Shown piece after piece: positions 25,216 through 38,600 of a stretch of DNA of 64,000 nucleotides. Made by a program: the position numbers and the translations under genes. The DNA is from Raja brachyura (Eukaryota), in contig OY740811.1 of NCBI GenBank assembly GCA_963514005.1, forward strand, positions 16,492,001-16,556,000, read 5' to 3'. The notes under the pieces are model-generated. The model was not told where the DNA came from and searched no databases. It saw only the letters and a list, made by a program, of their open reading frames with translations. Position 1 is the first letter of the stretch, and every line of letters starts with the position of its first letter.

Positions 25216-26269
25216 CCGATGTTTACTAATAAATTCTTGACAGCTAGTGGCCAATTAGTCTGGATCTTCTGCATTCTGGATGTGCTTCCTAATAAATTAA
25301 AATAATTCTCTTTGGTCTTGATGGCCATTATCATTAAGGCTTTCGAAATTATTTATCGGTTTGGGTGACTAATAGCTGACAGTATGAAGAGGCTCACGTT
25401 TAAATATGTTGCTTAAGTTCAGTTTCCATAGTTTATTAGAATGGGCAAGAAATGTATTTGGCGATAAGTGGCTATGTATTTGAGGATGAACGAGTCATGT
25501 ATCCAAACTGCATATTGGATAGTGGCTCAAATTTAATTAAACAGGTTCTTGAGTCATTTGACATTTCATGTAGCATGGGAATGCAAGTTTTATGCCATCT
25601 CTGTCCATGGAACTGTTTCAAGTGTAAATGGACATGCTGAACTTTTATTGATTAGTTTCCACTGGCATTTTTAGTTTGGCATCTTGTGGCTTGTATCCAT
25701 CCTTGCCTTCCCCTTTTCAAAGTAAGCACTTCTTGAGATCTGAATGGACAAGAGACTGCAGATGATGGAATCTGAAGCAAAAAAACATAGATGTGTTACT
25801 TTAATACTACCATTGCTGTTTTGTATACAATACCAAACATCAAGTAATCTCATAATTAACCATAAAGTATCCTGCTGTTACATCTTTGTCAGTAACGCAT
25901 CAGTCTTGGACAATAATGTTTATAAGATTAGAATCAAGGTGTACGCGTGCTTATCTCTATTCACCTGCAATTACCATGCCCCAATGGATCTATCTAAGGT
26001 GCAGATTGGTTGATATAAAACATGGCTCTTTCATTCTCAACTACATATCTACTTCATTCCAACTATATTTTCTTGTCCAAATACCCATACTAATAAACTC
26101 AAATTGAACTTAAGCATCCCATTTAAATGTGGCATTGTGAAATCAATGTCCAAAAATATAATTTGAGCCTCTTCGAAGTTGGAATTTTCTTTTGACTTCA
26201 TGTTCAATTCCATACAGCTGTCTCATTGTTTAATTTAATAGTCATAGTAGTTAAATTAAAAGTAATCCA

Positions 26270-26580
26270 TGGAATCAAATTCAGATTCTACCGTAACACG
26301 TGAAATATAAATTCAGTTAACCTGGAACTTTTAGAACATAACTAGCCCAAGGTAACGACGACCAAATTACTGGATGGTTGTAAAGCCCCATCTGCTTCAC
26401 CGATATTGTGAAGGAGAGGAAATCTATCTTTCTGGTCTAGCCTATATAGAACTGTAGCAATGTGGTTGACAATGTAAATGGCTCCTGACATCACTTAGCC
26501 AGTAATCCTCTACAGGGGCTATTGGTGATGTACTATAAATGTTAGCTGTGGCCGTGATGTAATTAAAAAAAAAAAAAAAT
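26270..26580 (+). mobile_element. Ancient SINE remnant (Meta-domain-like)
   Basis: GTAAAGCCCCATCTGCTTCAC...GGAAATCT...CTGGTCTAGCCTA...AGCAATGTGGTTGAC followed by an A-rich tail. Family assignment is from recalled consensus. Confidence 0.5.
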
Positions 26581-26859
26581 GGTTCTGAAACATCTGTCAC
26601 GTCCCCATAATCTAGGTCAGTTGAGAATATATCTTGTTTTTTCTATAGTATCATTGCATCCAGTGAAAATACTTTTAAGTGCAGTCAGTGTTAAAGTAAA
26701 GGTCAGGAATTCCCTTGTGATTAGCTTTTAACACACCATCCTCCATGTTAAATGGATCATCTCTAATTTTCACCATTTCAACAATGTTCCCTTACAGGAC
26801 ATAACTTATTTTCCCTTCTATTATGCATTCCATAAAGACCATTACAATGGATTTTTTCA

Positions 26860-27390
26860 TCAACTTGGCCAGTGGGCTGAGGAATGGCAGATGGAGTTTA
26901 ATTCAGACAAATGCGAGGTGTTGCAATTTGGGAAGTCAATCTAGGGTAGGACTTGCACTGTAAATGGTAGAGCTCTAGCAGTTGTATAGAAAAGAGACCC
27001 AGTGGTGCAGTTACGTAGTTTGAAAGTGGTGATAGGGTTAAACATGATTGCCTTCGGCTAGGGTATTGAGTACAGACATAGGGATATTGTGTCTAGCTGT
27101 ACAGGTGACTGGTATGGCCACATTTGGAGCACTGTGTACAGATATGGTCTTTCTGGTTTTGGAAGAATGGAGACTGAAATGTTGAGAAATTCTTCAGAAG
27201 TTGGCGAATCCATTTGTTAAGCTATGAGTTGATCTCTATAAGTTGCGGTAAGCTATTGTTGGTTAAACTCAATGGAGATTGATTTCTGGATACTAGATGC
27301 ATCAATGCATTTAGGGATAGTGTGGAAGATTAACCATGATCTCTTTGCAGTGGGTGAGCAGGCCTGAGTGGCCTATTCCCATTTATTTCT
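26860..27390 (+). mobile_element. CR1-clade LINE fragment
   Basis: TGGGCTGAGGAATGGCAGATGGAGTTTAATTCAGACAAATGCGAGGTGTTGC = WAEEWQMEFNSDKCEVL. Confidence 0.8.
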
Positions 27391-28399
27391 CTTGACAGAG
27401 TATACAGGACCTTGCTTTCATATCTCATCTGAAAAGGGTTCATTTGACAGCACAGTAATCCCTTTAGAAAAAAAATATTTTCAATCAGATATGTTAAAAT
27501 CTTAAACAATTAGTTGGTAAATAATCTGTTAACATTTTAAATGCAGATTTTTGCAGGTGGCAACTCCATACAGATGTTGAGTAAACAACAGTATACACCC
27601 TCACTGTTGCTGTTGTAAAGGACCTTTGTTTCTATGAGATGACACCGTGAATTCATGCACACTGAAATGTCAGTTCAAGCTACTAAATAAATTGCAATTA
27701 TTCAGCCACTGTTTGTTCCTAACTGAATTTTGATGCAAAAATTACAATAATTTTCTTATTTCAAAGACTAAATTGCCAAGTTTAGAAATCCAGAATACAG
27801 AGGAACCTGCATATCGAAAGAGAGACATATTTATACAGTATCGTTTACTCCCCCTTCAGGACATCACAAAGCACACTGCAGCTTGTGCATTTTGAAAGAT
27901 AGACGCAATGCTGGAGTAGCTCAGCGGGTCATCTCTGGAGAAAATAGATAGGTGATGTTTTGCGTCGGGACCCTTCACGTTGATTGTAGAGAGGAGGAAA
28001 TGGAAGCAGGAAAAGGCTTTTGGAATATGGTTCAATGTTGTAGCGGTTAGTTAATGTAGATCACACTTGTATGTACATTCGTATGGTAGTCGTATGTACA
28101 TTCGTATGGTAGTACGATAACATCTTGCCTAATTATCTGTTCTAGTCAAGTTAGTGGATAAATATTGATCGGTTCATAAATTACAAATTTTCTCTTTTTG
28201 CATCCACCTGAAGGCATTCAAGATCTCAATTTAATGTTATGGATGGTTGAAATTAAATCTTGCCTCAAATCCTTCAGTTTGAAATTCCTTCCAATGATAA
28301 TAAAATCAGAATTTTACATAATTTACTTGTTACATTGATTCTAGCTTTAAAAATATGTTAAGTGAGGAATGATGGACAGGTGGGGTGGGTAGGAGTAGG

Positions 28400-28764
28400 A
28401 ACAGATATGGACGGGTATGCAAGTGATGACCAAATGGACTGATAGGAATGGGAAAGGAATACTAGATATGTGTACCTAAACCTGGAAAATGTTATGTTAG
28501 TACCATTGATGTGCTGTTCTAGTTTGCATTTAGCCTTTCTGCATTAGTGAAGAAGGCTGACAGCAAGCTAATATGCGAAGGTGAGTTGAAATGATATACA
28601 ACAAGATGATCACTGCAGACTGACGCCAGTGGCCTGCAAAACAGACTCCTAGGCTGGGCTTTGATTTTGCCAATGTATAGGGGATCCAATTTGAAGGTAC
28701 TGAATACAGGAGATGAGGTTGGAGGGCATGAAGGTTGGATGCATGTGAATCACTGCCTCAGCTA
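28400..28764 (-). mobile_element. PLE GIY-YIG remnant interrupted by the Tc1 element (continues after 30340)
   Basis: Reverse complement matches the 8040-8300 region (TCCAACCTCATCTCCTGTATTC...CCCCTATACATTGGCAAA = LYIGK). Confidence 0.6.
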
Positions 28765-30338
28765 CAATGCATTCAGAAATTATTCAGTCCCCTTCACGTT
28801 TTCCACATTTTGTTACGTTACAGCCTTATTTTAAAATTGATTAAATTATTTTGTTTTAATCATCAATGTACACACAATACCCCAGAATGAAGAAGTGAAA
28901 ACAGGTGTTCAGAAATTTTTGCAAAGTATTTAAGAAATAACTGAAATATCACATTTACATAAGTATTCAGACCCGTAGCTATTTAGCTTGGGTTCATCCT
29001 GTTTCCATTGATTATCCTTGAGATGTTTCTACAACTTGATTAGAGTCCACCAGCAGTAAATTAAAATGATTGGACATGATTTGGAAAGACACACACCTGT
29101 CTATATAAGATCGCACAGTTGACAGTGCATGTCAGAGCAAAAACCAAGCCATGAAGACAAAGGAATTGTCCGTAGATCTCTGACACAGGATTGTGTTGAG
29201 ACACAGATCTGGGGAAGGGTATAAAACAATTTCGAAGAGCACAATGGCCTCAGTAATTCTTAAATAGAAGAACTTTCGAACCACCAGGAACATTTATAGA
29301 GCTGGCCGCCTGGTCAAACTGAGCAATCGAGGGAGAAAGGCCTTGGTCAGGGAGGTGACTAAGAACCCGATGGTCACTCTGACAGAGTTCCTCTGTGGAG
29401 ATGGGAGAACCTTCCAGAAGGACAACTATATCTGCAGCACTCCACCAATCAGGCCTTTATGGTAGAGTGGCCAGACGGAAGCCACTTCTCAGTAAAAGGC
29501 ACATGATCACCCACTTGGATTTTGCCAAAAGGCACCTAAAGGACTCTCACACCATGAGAAACAAGATTCTCTGGTCTGATGAAACCGATTGAACACTTTA
29601 GCCTGAATGCCAAGCATCACGTCGGGAGGAAACCAGCTACCACTCATCACCTGGCCAATACCATACCTATGGTGCTGGCAGCGTCATGCTGTGGTGATGT
29701 TTTTCAGCAGCAGAAACTGGGAGACTAGTCAGGATCGAGAGAAAGATGAACAGAGCAAAGTACAGAGAAATCCTTGATGGAAACCTGATCGAGCGTTCTG
29801 GACCTCAAACTGGGGCAGAGGTTCACCTTCCAACAGGATAACGTCCCTAAGCACACAGGCAGGATAATGCAGGAGTGGCTTTGTGATAAGTCTGTGAATG
29901 TCCTTGAGTGGCCCAGCCAGAGCCCAGACTTGAAACCAATAGAACATCTCTGGAGGAACCTGAAAATAGCTGTGCATCGATGCTCCCCATCCAACCTGAC
30001 AGAGCTTGAGAGGATCTGCAGAGAAGAATGGGAGAAATTACCCAAATACAGGTGTGCCAAGCTTGTGGTGTCATACCCAAGAAGACTTGAGGCTGTAATC
30101 ACTGCCAGAGGTGCCTCAACGAAGTACTGAGTAAAGGGTCTGAATACTTATGTAAATAGGATATTTCAGTTATTTATTTTTTATTACTTTGCAAAAATTT
30201 CTAAACACCCGTTTACACTTTTTTATTATGGGGTATCGTGTGTAGATTGATGATTTTTAAAAATGTAATAAATTTTAGAACGTAACGCAACAAAATGTGG
30301 AAAAGGTGAAGGGGCCTGAATACTTTCTGAATGCACTG
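28765..30338 (+). mobile_element. Full-length decayed Tc1-family (DD34E, IR/DR-type) transposon
   Basis: TA TSDs; about 210-bp TIRs beginning CA(A/G)TGCATTCAGAAA.TATTCAG with an inner direct repeat AAGTATTCAGACCC. Transposase remnant 29151-30130 has WSDE, QQDN and SPDLKPIEHLW (34 residues between D and E), with stops and frameshifts. Confidence 0.95.
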
Positions 30339-33300
30339 TACAAGAGCTGCTTAGGTCCCTAGGTGGTGCTGGGGCAAATGTTGCACCGTCTACAGTTGCA
30401 CGGGAAAATAGTCTTTTCGTGCTGGCTGATGAAGCAAAATGGCTTCGTTTTTTAGGGGGAAATGAAGTGTTTTTGCTGAAGAATGCCTTTGGAACTGCAG
30501 AATCACTTATAGAACATTGCAGCTGAAAAGGAGCGTGGTGTTTGTGTTCATGGTAAACTTTGTATTAGTCAAATACACTCATTTCATCTGTTTATTTAAT
30601 TACAGTGCCGGAATTTTGAAATGTATAGAATTGTTTTTAGTTTAATGGAGGAATAAAGTTGTGTGGAAGGCAAAGCTCAAAATAGCTGGCTATCAAGAAT
30701 TTTCTGACATTTAAAGCACCTCTAAAGATTAATCCGAGTATATAGGAATACAGACCACATTTAGATCCACAATTTAAAATGGCGCAAGCACGAGGGACTG
30801 AGTGGCCGACTTTTCCCTTTTTATGTTTTGTCTGTGTACACTTTACTGTACTGTCATCTGAAGCTTTTTCTGCTGATAGTTTAGCTGCCTGTGCATTGTT
30901 TCTCCTGGCTTCCCTCAAATGTCTCTTCGGCCCACTGCATCCTCCTTCATCCATATCCTCCTTATATAAAGATCCAAGGCATCTTCATGTGCATTCTGAT
31001 GCTCAGCTTAACGTTTTTATCTCTGTGGCCCTTTGCAGTGCTCCTGTCCTATCAGTCTGTGTATTTTGTGTTGTATGAGCTAAAATTCCTACAGTAATTG
31101 TTTGGAAGATTATCATTTAGCCTCAAACTCTTGTCATTAACTCCATTCATTTCCTATGCCATAGATTGAATCACACTGCTATTATTGGAGCATCCTAATC
31201 AATACTGAAGAGTTTCCTATCTTTAACTTTTAATCATACTCTCCTCAGTAATAACATCTATCTCAGCCAATTGGATCAGAAATCTTTGTTCATCATCAGG
31301 TTGCGGTTTTGTTGCTCAGGTACTGAGCTGCCAACTTCCACTCGCCATTAACTGAAGTAAGGATACTTTATTTTTAAACACCAGTATCTGAGATCTCATT
31401 AATTGCAGGTTCACGCCTCAAATTACCAATTTATTTAGTGAACTAATCTTATATCCTAACAGCATCGTTAACAGTCTGTCTCGTCCTTTTCTCCTTGTTT
31501 TTAGTTCGTTGTTAAATGTATGTTTTAGTGTATCTTTAGTCTTGTATTATATGGGGTGGTGGGGGAAACTTTTTTTATCTCTGTAACTCTAGAAAACTAA
31601 CAGTTCCCTTTTGATATTGGTTCATCATTTCTAATTCCTGTTCTTATTCGACATTTCTGGGGTGGTTTATGTATCCAATTTGGCTGCAAAATTGTCTACA
31701 GAAATAAATTGTCCAAAGTAGCTCCTACATTACAAAGTGCCCAAGGATATCTTGAGGTATTAAAGTGGCATATTAAAGCAGAAATCCTTATAATAGTTCA
31801 GGGCAGGTAAGTTATCTTTGAGAAGTAGTTTGCACTATTTCATGACCTAAGTTTTATAATGCATTGCATATTTTAGTCTACAAAATCAAAAAAATGTTTT
31901 GGCAAACATGCAACTGTGTTTTTCCACTAATTCCATGTTTGTACATTTTGAGATTTACTTTATACAGTTCCTATTTTCTGTATATTGACACTTCTGGAGA
32001 GAAGGAATATGTGACGTTTTGGGTCTGGATCCCTTCTTCAGACCCTATTTCCTATTGCAGTTATTAATGCCCTTTTAATTGTATTACAAAAGAAAACATT
32101 TGCCTGTGAATTTTTGATGCAGTAACCATTACAAGATGTTTTTTTACACCAACTACATTTGTCTTTTCTGATTGATCTCCCAGAGTTGAGGTATAATTTG
32201 ATAGTTTCCAAATAGCACTTTCCAAATGACAATGACTTTATTTTTAGCAAAGGATGGCATGACATTGTGGTTAATATCTCTGATGATTAAAGAAATGTAA
32301 TCTGTTTTGAGATTACTGCAAAATCTCTAACGGACAACCATACACTTGTATTTTTGAATAATGTGATTTTGAAATAGTTTAATGACTGCTGAAAGCGAGA
32401 AAATAAATGTAAAATTTACCCAAATAATAATTTTTCCCCGTTTTAATTCTTCAAGGGTTTTTGATTATTGTTTGTCATCTTTGCACTCTTTCTAACAGTC
32501 ATATCTGTTCTGAATTTTGAGCCAAAGGGTGAATTTGTCTGGAGAGAGAAAAACTTTGCTCGCTAGGCAATTTAGTAGATGCAGGAGTAGCCCAATCCCT
32601 TGCCTCCTGTGCCATTCAGCAAGATCATAGCTGCTTTGCTTGAACTAATCCCATATCCCTTGATTATCTTAATACCTTAAGATCCATTGGCGTCATTCTT
32701 GAATATAGAATTTGCACCTTTGCAACCCACTCGGGTAGAGAATACCAAAGATTCATAATTTTCTGAGCGAATAAATTTATTCTCTTCTATCCTGAATAGT
32801 CATCTTCCTACATGACCTTCTATCCTAAATGGTCATCTTCTGCCATTGTAACGGCTAATACTATATATCCTAGACAATGGAACTTCATCCCACCATTTTG
32901 TTAAAGTCTGTAAAAAGCACTAACCTTAATCCTGCTGCTTACAATGATCACACTTGTTTTTCTTTCAAGATTGCATGGGAGATAAAGCTTGTATCCTCCA
33001 AATAAATGTGTTAAGCACAATGATCTTGTCAGTCACAAAATGGCTGTCACAGCATCTGGAGGGAAATCTCTGAATTAATAACTTTGGAAAAATTAGCAGT
33101 TTCTTTCAAACATGTTTTTTTAATCTGTTTCTGCCATGTTACTTTACTCCAAATGTTCCTACCATCACTTCCTGCATGGATGTGATTGTTCAGTAATATG
33201 CACATTTTGAAAGTCACGTACAACATTCTATAAGCAAAATTAATTTTGTGTGTTTGCTGGTTCAGAGAGTCAATAGAAAGAGGTCGCTCTGACCATCTCA

Positions 33301-34619
33301 TCCATGCCCATGCTGCACAACATGCCCATCTAAACTGGTCTTATTTGCCTACCTAAGTATAGCAGACAATCAGATGAATCAAACACTGTCTTCCCACCCC
33401 CCTGGTCCATTATAATGAGGGATTACTATGATCAGTAAACAATGATATGTAACTTCATTTCCCTGCGGATGGTGCAGGAATATTTGAGCTTTCTAACTAA
33501 CCCCTGATAACATTTCATATTTTGTTTTATTGCATTTGGGCATTTATTACCTGTCATTCTCCATAATCTACATGCATGTGCATGAACCATTACCATGGAC
33601 AGCTTGTCTGTTACATATAACTACAATTATTTCATTCAATTATTTGATTTTATTTGATGCTGGAATGTAGCAGTACTGGCAGATCTCATGTATCACCTAC
33701 CCCAAGATTGCGTTGAACCTAAAGGAAATTGGGGTGGTAGAAGTCAGCTTTTAGTAAATTTTGAGAAATACTGAAGTTTAGATTTTGTGGGGGGGCTCCC
33801 GTTCATTTGTAATGTGAAATTTAGTTATTAACCAATACTTGTATTTTGTAATATTTACTGCAGCAGATCTTTCCAAGTTTCATTAGAATCACAAGAACAT
33901 CATCAAAATAAAAATGGATGTTAGAAAGAATGACATCACATTTATGTGGATTTAAAATTGAGGTGTTGCTTAACCAGCAACCATTATAGTTCAACAAGCA
34001 TAATAATTACAGGCAAATCTGAATCTGTTTGAAGTTAGATCTTGAGCATTGGAATTTTGCATAGTTGTAATGTGTGGAGGGCACATTGAAGGATGTGGAA
34101 TTGAGTGTACTAACTTTATGAAAATGGAAATAGGATGAGTTAGTGATGGCACGAAGCTGAAGATTTTGACATTAAGACACCATAATTGCTAGCATGCTTG
34201 TTCAATTTCAGATAGTTGCCAGAGAGGGAATGAAGTCGTGTAAAGAGAGATTTGTTGCAGATTCTGAAGATGCATTTGACTTTTCCTAGTTTTTGCAAGG
34301 TATTTTCACTCATCCAATACTTTGTTGGATATTTTATAGACCAAAAGATCAGGCGATGGGGTGCAGCAGTGTGATATGGGAATTTGTGCACTGTAGATTG
34401 TTTTTTGGGTTGTTTAGAGGCAACATTTAGTTGCTTGAAAAGGTGTGCAGATTCTGATTGTTGTTGTGTTCATCAGAATGCAATAAAATGCCTTATCGCA
34501 TGAAATTCGGAGCATAAGTAGTAGACATGTTTACAATGTTTGCATAAGTAACAATGTTTTGCATCTGTTTTTGCATACAACAACAGATGCAAAACAGCAG
34601 AATATAAGTGCAATTCAGA

Positions 34620-35200
34620 TTATGGTGCAATCTGAAGTAGTGCAAGAAAGATAACTGCAGTAATAGAATAACTGAATGAGGTAGAGTTAAGAGTATGTGG
34701 CAGGACCATCAATGAGGTCCTATGAAAGATGTTTAGGAGTCTGATGGCAGTGAGAAAGAGGCTACTCTTAAGTCAGGATGGGGGTCGTTCAAGCTCCCGT
34801 AAATTCTCTCAGAATGGTGGCAGACTTCCTTGAAAATACTTCCAGCCTTCCTGACTCAATGCACCATGAAGATGGGCTGTGTTCACCACTCTAGGTTCAG
34901 GCGGTCAAGGGCACAGCATGTGCCATACCAGACTGAAGTGCATCTGGTCAGAATACTTTCTATAGTGCATCTGTAGAAGCTTGAGGTTCCTTGTGAGCGT
35001 CTCAGATTTTCTCAGCCACCTAAGAAACTAACTACACTGCACTTTCTTGATCACTTCATCAGTGCAAAGGCACCAGGTTAGATTTATTATGATTTCCCCC
35101 ATTTCCTTAGATGAACAACTAACTCTTTTGACTTGCTACTATTCGGGCTAGATGATTGTTCTGATGCCATTAGACAAGGTTCCTGGTCTCCTATACTGTT
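34620..35200 (-). mobile_element. Rex1/Babar LINE remnant
   Basis: TTTCTATAGTGCATCTGTAGAAG is shared with 2063-2085 (FYRCTIES on the - strand). Confidence 0.6.
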
Positions 35201-35919
35201 ACAATCATATTGTGTAAAGGGGTTGTGTAAAATTGGATCTATTTCTTAGTACTGAGAGAGCTATTTAACATTTGATACCAATCAAACTGTTGTAATGGTA
35301 TCTCAAGCTGTACTTAAATATGAGCCTGTTTTATGCTTAGATCTTTGTGGTGAAGCTTGAGCAACGTGATGCTGCTATTCTATGGGCACTAGAAGTGACC
35401 GTAGTGAAAAGCACTTGCATCCAAATATTTTTCCCCCAGAAATACAACATTTCCAAACGCAGAGCTGCCATGTAGTACAGACGTTCCGTATTTTTTACGA
35501 AAATGTGATGAGAATACTGATGTACGATTTTGCATTGTTAAATACAGATTTTTTTAAAATCCGACCATAGAAAATCGTAACGACGAGTCACCGTTGTACC
35601 AGCTGAGGTGCAGCAGGCAGGTGGGAACAACTGAGATCGGCCCAACTTCCTGTTTCATTAACATACGACTCGCCATTGGAAAAGTAATAACCCGGTGAAA
35701 TTGACTTTACACCTTACTGCTTAAAAAATGCAAGGACATAAAAAATCATACTGTACCTCAAGAAGTTATAGCAGGTTAAATTTATTAGTATTTTAAATTC
35801 CAAGTTATGGATGATTTTTTTTTAAGCGTTGATCTACCATGGAGTTTGGGGTTAAGAGGCTGGAATTTCTCTATCTCTTTTTTTCTTGCTCTCTCTCCCT
35901 CTCTCACTGTATCTGTCTT

Positions 35920-36066
35920 NNNNNNNNNNNNNNNNNNNNNNNNNNNNNNNNNNNNNNNNNNNNNNNNNNNNNNNNNNNNNNNNNNNNNNNNNNNNNNNNN
36001 NNNNNNNNNNNNNNNNNNNNNNNNNNNNNNNNNNNNNNNNNNNNNNNNNNNNNNNNNNNNNNNNNN
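35920..36066. other. Assembly gap (N run)
   Basis: Run of N characters. Confidence 1.
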
Positions 36067-36069
36067 GCG

Positions 36070-36530
36070 TTTTGCAAAGACAACTGCATCTGCAGTTCCT
36101 TCTTATAGAAGAAGAACCTGGCCCGAAACAACTCCTAATCCATTCCCTCCACAGATGCCGCCCAACGAATTGAGTTCCTCCAACACTCTGTTTTTTATTT
36201 AACTAAAATTGAAGATGGACACAAAAAGCTGGAGTAATTCAGCGGGGCAGGCAGCGACTGGAGAGAAGGAATGGGTCACATTTGTACAGAGTTATGCAAA
36301 GCAGCTTTCGTTGCCTCCAACAGCTTTCGTTATCTTTATTTTTTCGACCTGCTCTCATGTGTCTCTGCTCTCTCTCTCTCTCCCCCTTTCACTCCCTCCC
36401 TTCCCTGCTTCAGACAATCACAAGTACTCTCACCGACGAGAGTTCAGTTCAGTCTGAAGAAGGGTCTCAACCAGTAACGTCACCCGTTCCTTCTCTCCAG
36501 AGTCGCTGCCTGTCCCGCTCCAGGTTTAAA
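36070..36530. repeat. Cluster of PLE terminal repeats including a head-to-head pair
   Basis: 36241-36279 is the reverse complement of about 36480-36519; CTGAAGAAGGGTCTC at 36454. Confidence 0.75.
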
Positions 36531-38319
36531 CCGAGCGCTGTCAGTTTAACGCGTGGGAATTTAAACAAAGAGCTGTCGGCTGCAGCGCTATGGGTTCTAA
36601 ATGTAGCGCTACCGGCTGGAGCGCTATGGGTCACAGACTGTTAGGGAAAATTCTCGTATAACAATGAGTCTTTGAAATTTTCTTTCTCAGTGGAAGTTGA
36701 GCCTTTGATTATTTTTCAGGCGGCGGCAGAATTCTGGATAAGCGTAGTGGTGAAAGGTTACCAGTGGGATTGCAGTTACATTGGGATTGGCCTTGATTTT
36801 ACAGAACGGTGGGGTGGACTCAAGGAGAGAGGGAGGGAGAAAAAGGAAGGAGGGAGGCAGGGAGTGGGAGGAAATAAAATGGAAATGAATTGTTTGAATC
36901 TTTCAAGTAGGGCATTCCAGATCCCCACAATGTTCTGTGGAATAAAAAACATGCTGCTGTGGTTCAGGTCATGGAATCTTTTTTCCAGTCATATCCCCCA
37001 TTGGAAGTTTATTTAGCCCTATCAAAATCAAGTTGTGCCTAATCTTGTGATGCACTACTGCTTGCAGTGTATTTGCTGAAAATTGTAGAATCGTGTGCTG
37101 GATTCAATTGGTGATATTTGTCTAAGTTACGTAAGCTTATTTGAGCCTCAAGTTCAATACAGTAACATTGTGGGAAACGCTATTCTTGAAGATTCTTCCA
37201 GTTCTGTTTTTGTTGAATGGTAGTCTTGTATGGTTAGATGTATTTTTCAGTTACCCTGGCCAAATTGCAGTTGGTCTGTGTGGCATCTTGCTATTCAAGA
37301 TTGTTCTTGCCATGTTAAGAATGTCTCTGAAATATTTAAGAAAAAATAAAATTAATATCTATTCAGAAAATAGCCATGTGCAAATTGTACCCATTATTAA
37401 ATTTGCACACAATTGAACATTTTGCGGGGATTTCTGGGAATCGGTGTATGCTACGCTTTTTGCCATGAGTACTCCTGCCATAAAAATCTGTGTTACACAT
37501 GAGCTATTTAATGATTCGCAACTGTCACTGTCGTTGAACAGCTTTCGATGGTAGACCTGTTGTGTAACTAAGCTCAGTAAATGTGTTTTGCTTATTACAG
37601 CAACCAAGAATCTACCAGCAAAGATATTGGTTCTCAGGCTCATGTGATTTCACCAGAAGCAATCCTGGGTAGCAGTAACAGATTAGAGTTGTTACAAACC
37701 CTGGCTGAATGTTTGAGACTGGGATTAATCAACTCTGCAGTGCCAGCTGGTGCTTGCTGACAGAAGTAATTGAATGCTGCTGGGGAGGGTGGAATACAGT
37801 GTGTGTGGAGGAAGGTAATTGGCAACATGCTGCTTATTATTTTCTAATTACCTGAGGGGATCTGCAATTGTGTTGGATAATAGCTTCAGCTGTAGTTGAT
37901 AGAATAGAGTCATCTTCCTTTAATTCATGAAAAAAATGCATTAATGCTTTATATGGGAGACAAATGCAATTGTTTCACCTTTTGTGGGGACAGTATATTT
38001 AAGGCTCTATTTGATATTTTAAAGCACATAGTAACTGTGTGGTTTCCATTTTCTTTACACCTAATGAAACAGTATTTTTAAATTTGTTTCAAGTCAAAAC
38101 TGAGGTAGCCATGTGAATGTGACTGGAATGTGAGCTGAACTATTTGTTGAGTTGAAATACCCGATAGAGTAATGGGTAAATCTAGATGCCCCTAGTTTTC
38201 CAAAATTTAGACTATCTCTGGGTACAACTTTTCGAGCATATAACGCAATTTGTTCACTTGGATCGTGTTAGCTCTTCCAATGTTTTCTAATCTGCTCCTG
38301 TGTAAGTAAAATGTTTTAA

Positions 38320-38600
38320 CATTTAAGTGTATATCTTGGCAGGCAGATTTTCTCCTGCGGAGAGTTTACTCTAGATTGGCAGGGGAGTGGGATCCAAAGC
38401 AGAAGTGAGGCAGATCAGGCTGAAAATTGATAGAGAAGTTAAGGGTACCTTCAGTAGATAAGACAGACATGTATGCGGCATGGAACAAGGAAAGCGTGTT
38501 GGATTAATTTATTTATTTCAATGCAAGAGATCTGATGAGTAATGCGGATGAACTTGGGGCATGGATAGGTATGTGGGAGTGGGATGTTATGGCCAATATC
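38320..38600 (+). mobile_element. CR1 LINE fragment (start of the APE endonuclease)
   Basis: Encodes FIYFNARDLMSNADELGAWIGMWEWDVMA. Confidence 0.65.

Noticed and set aside
29151-30130. Active Tc1 transposase (also 49065-50077)
   Set aside because: Multiple in-frame stops, frameshifts and deletions.
35807-36202. ORFs spanning X residues
   Set aside because: Artefacts of the N gap.
35530-36670. Possible DNA transposon bounded by CATTGTTA / TAACAATG
   Set aside because: Only about 8 bp of inverted match, no convincing TSD, and the interior is broken by the gap.
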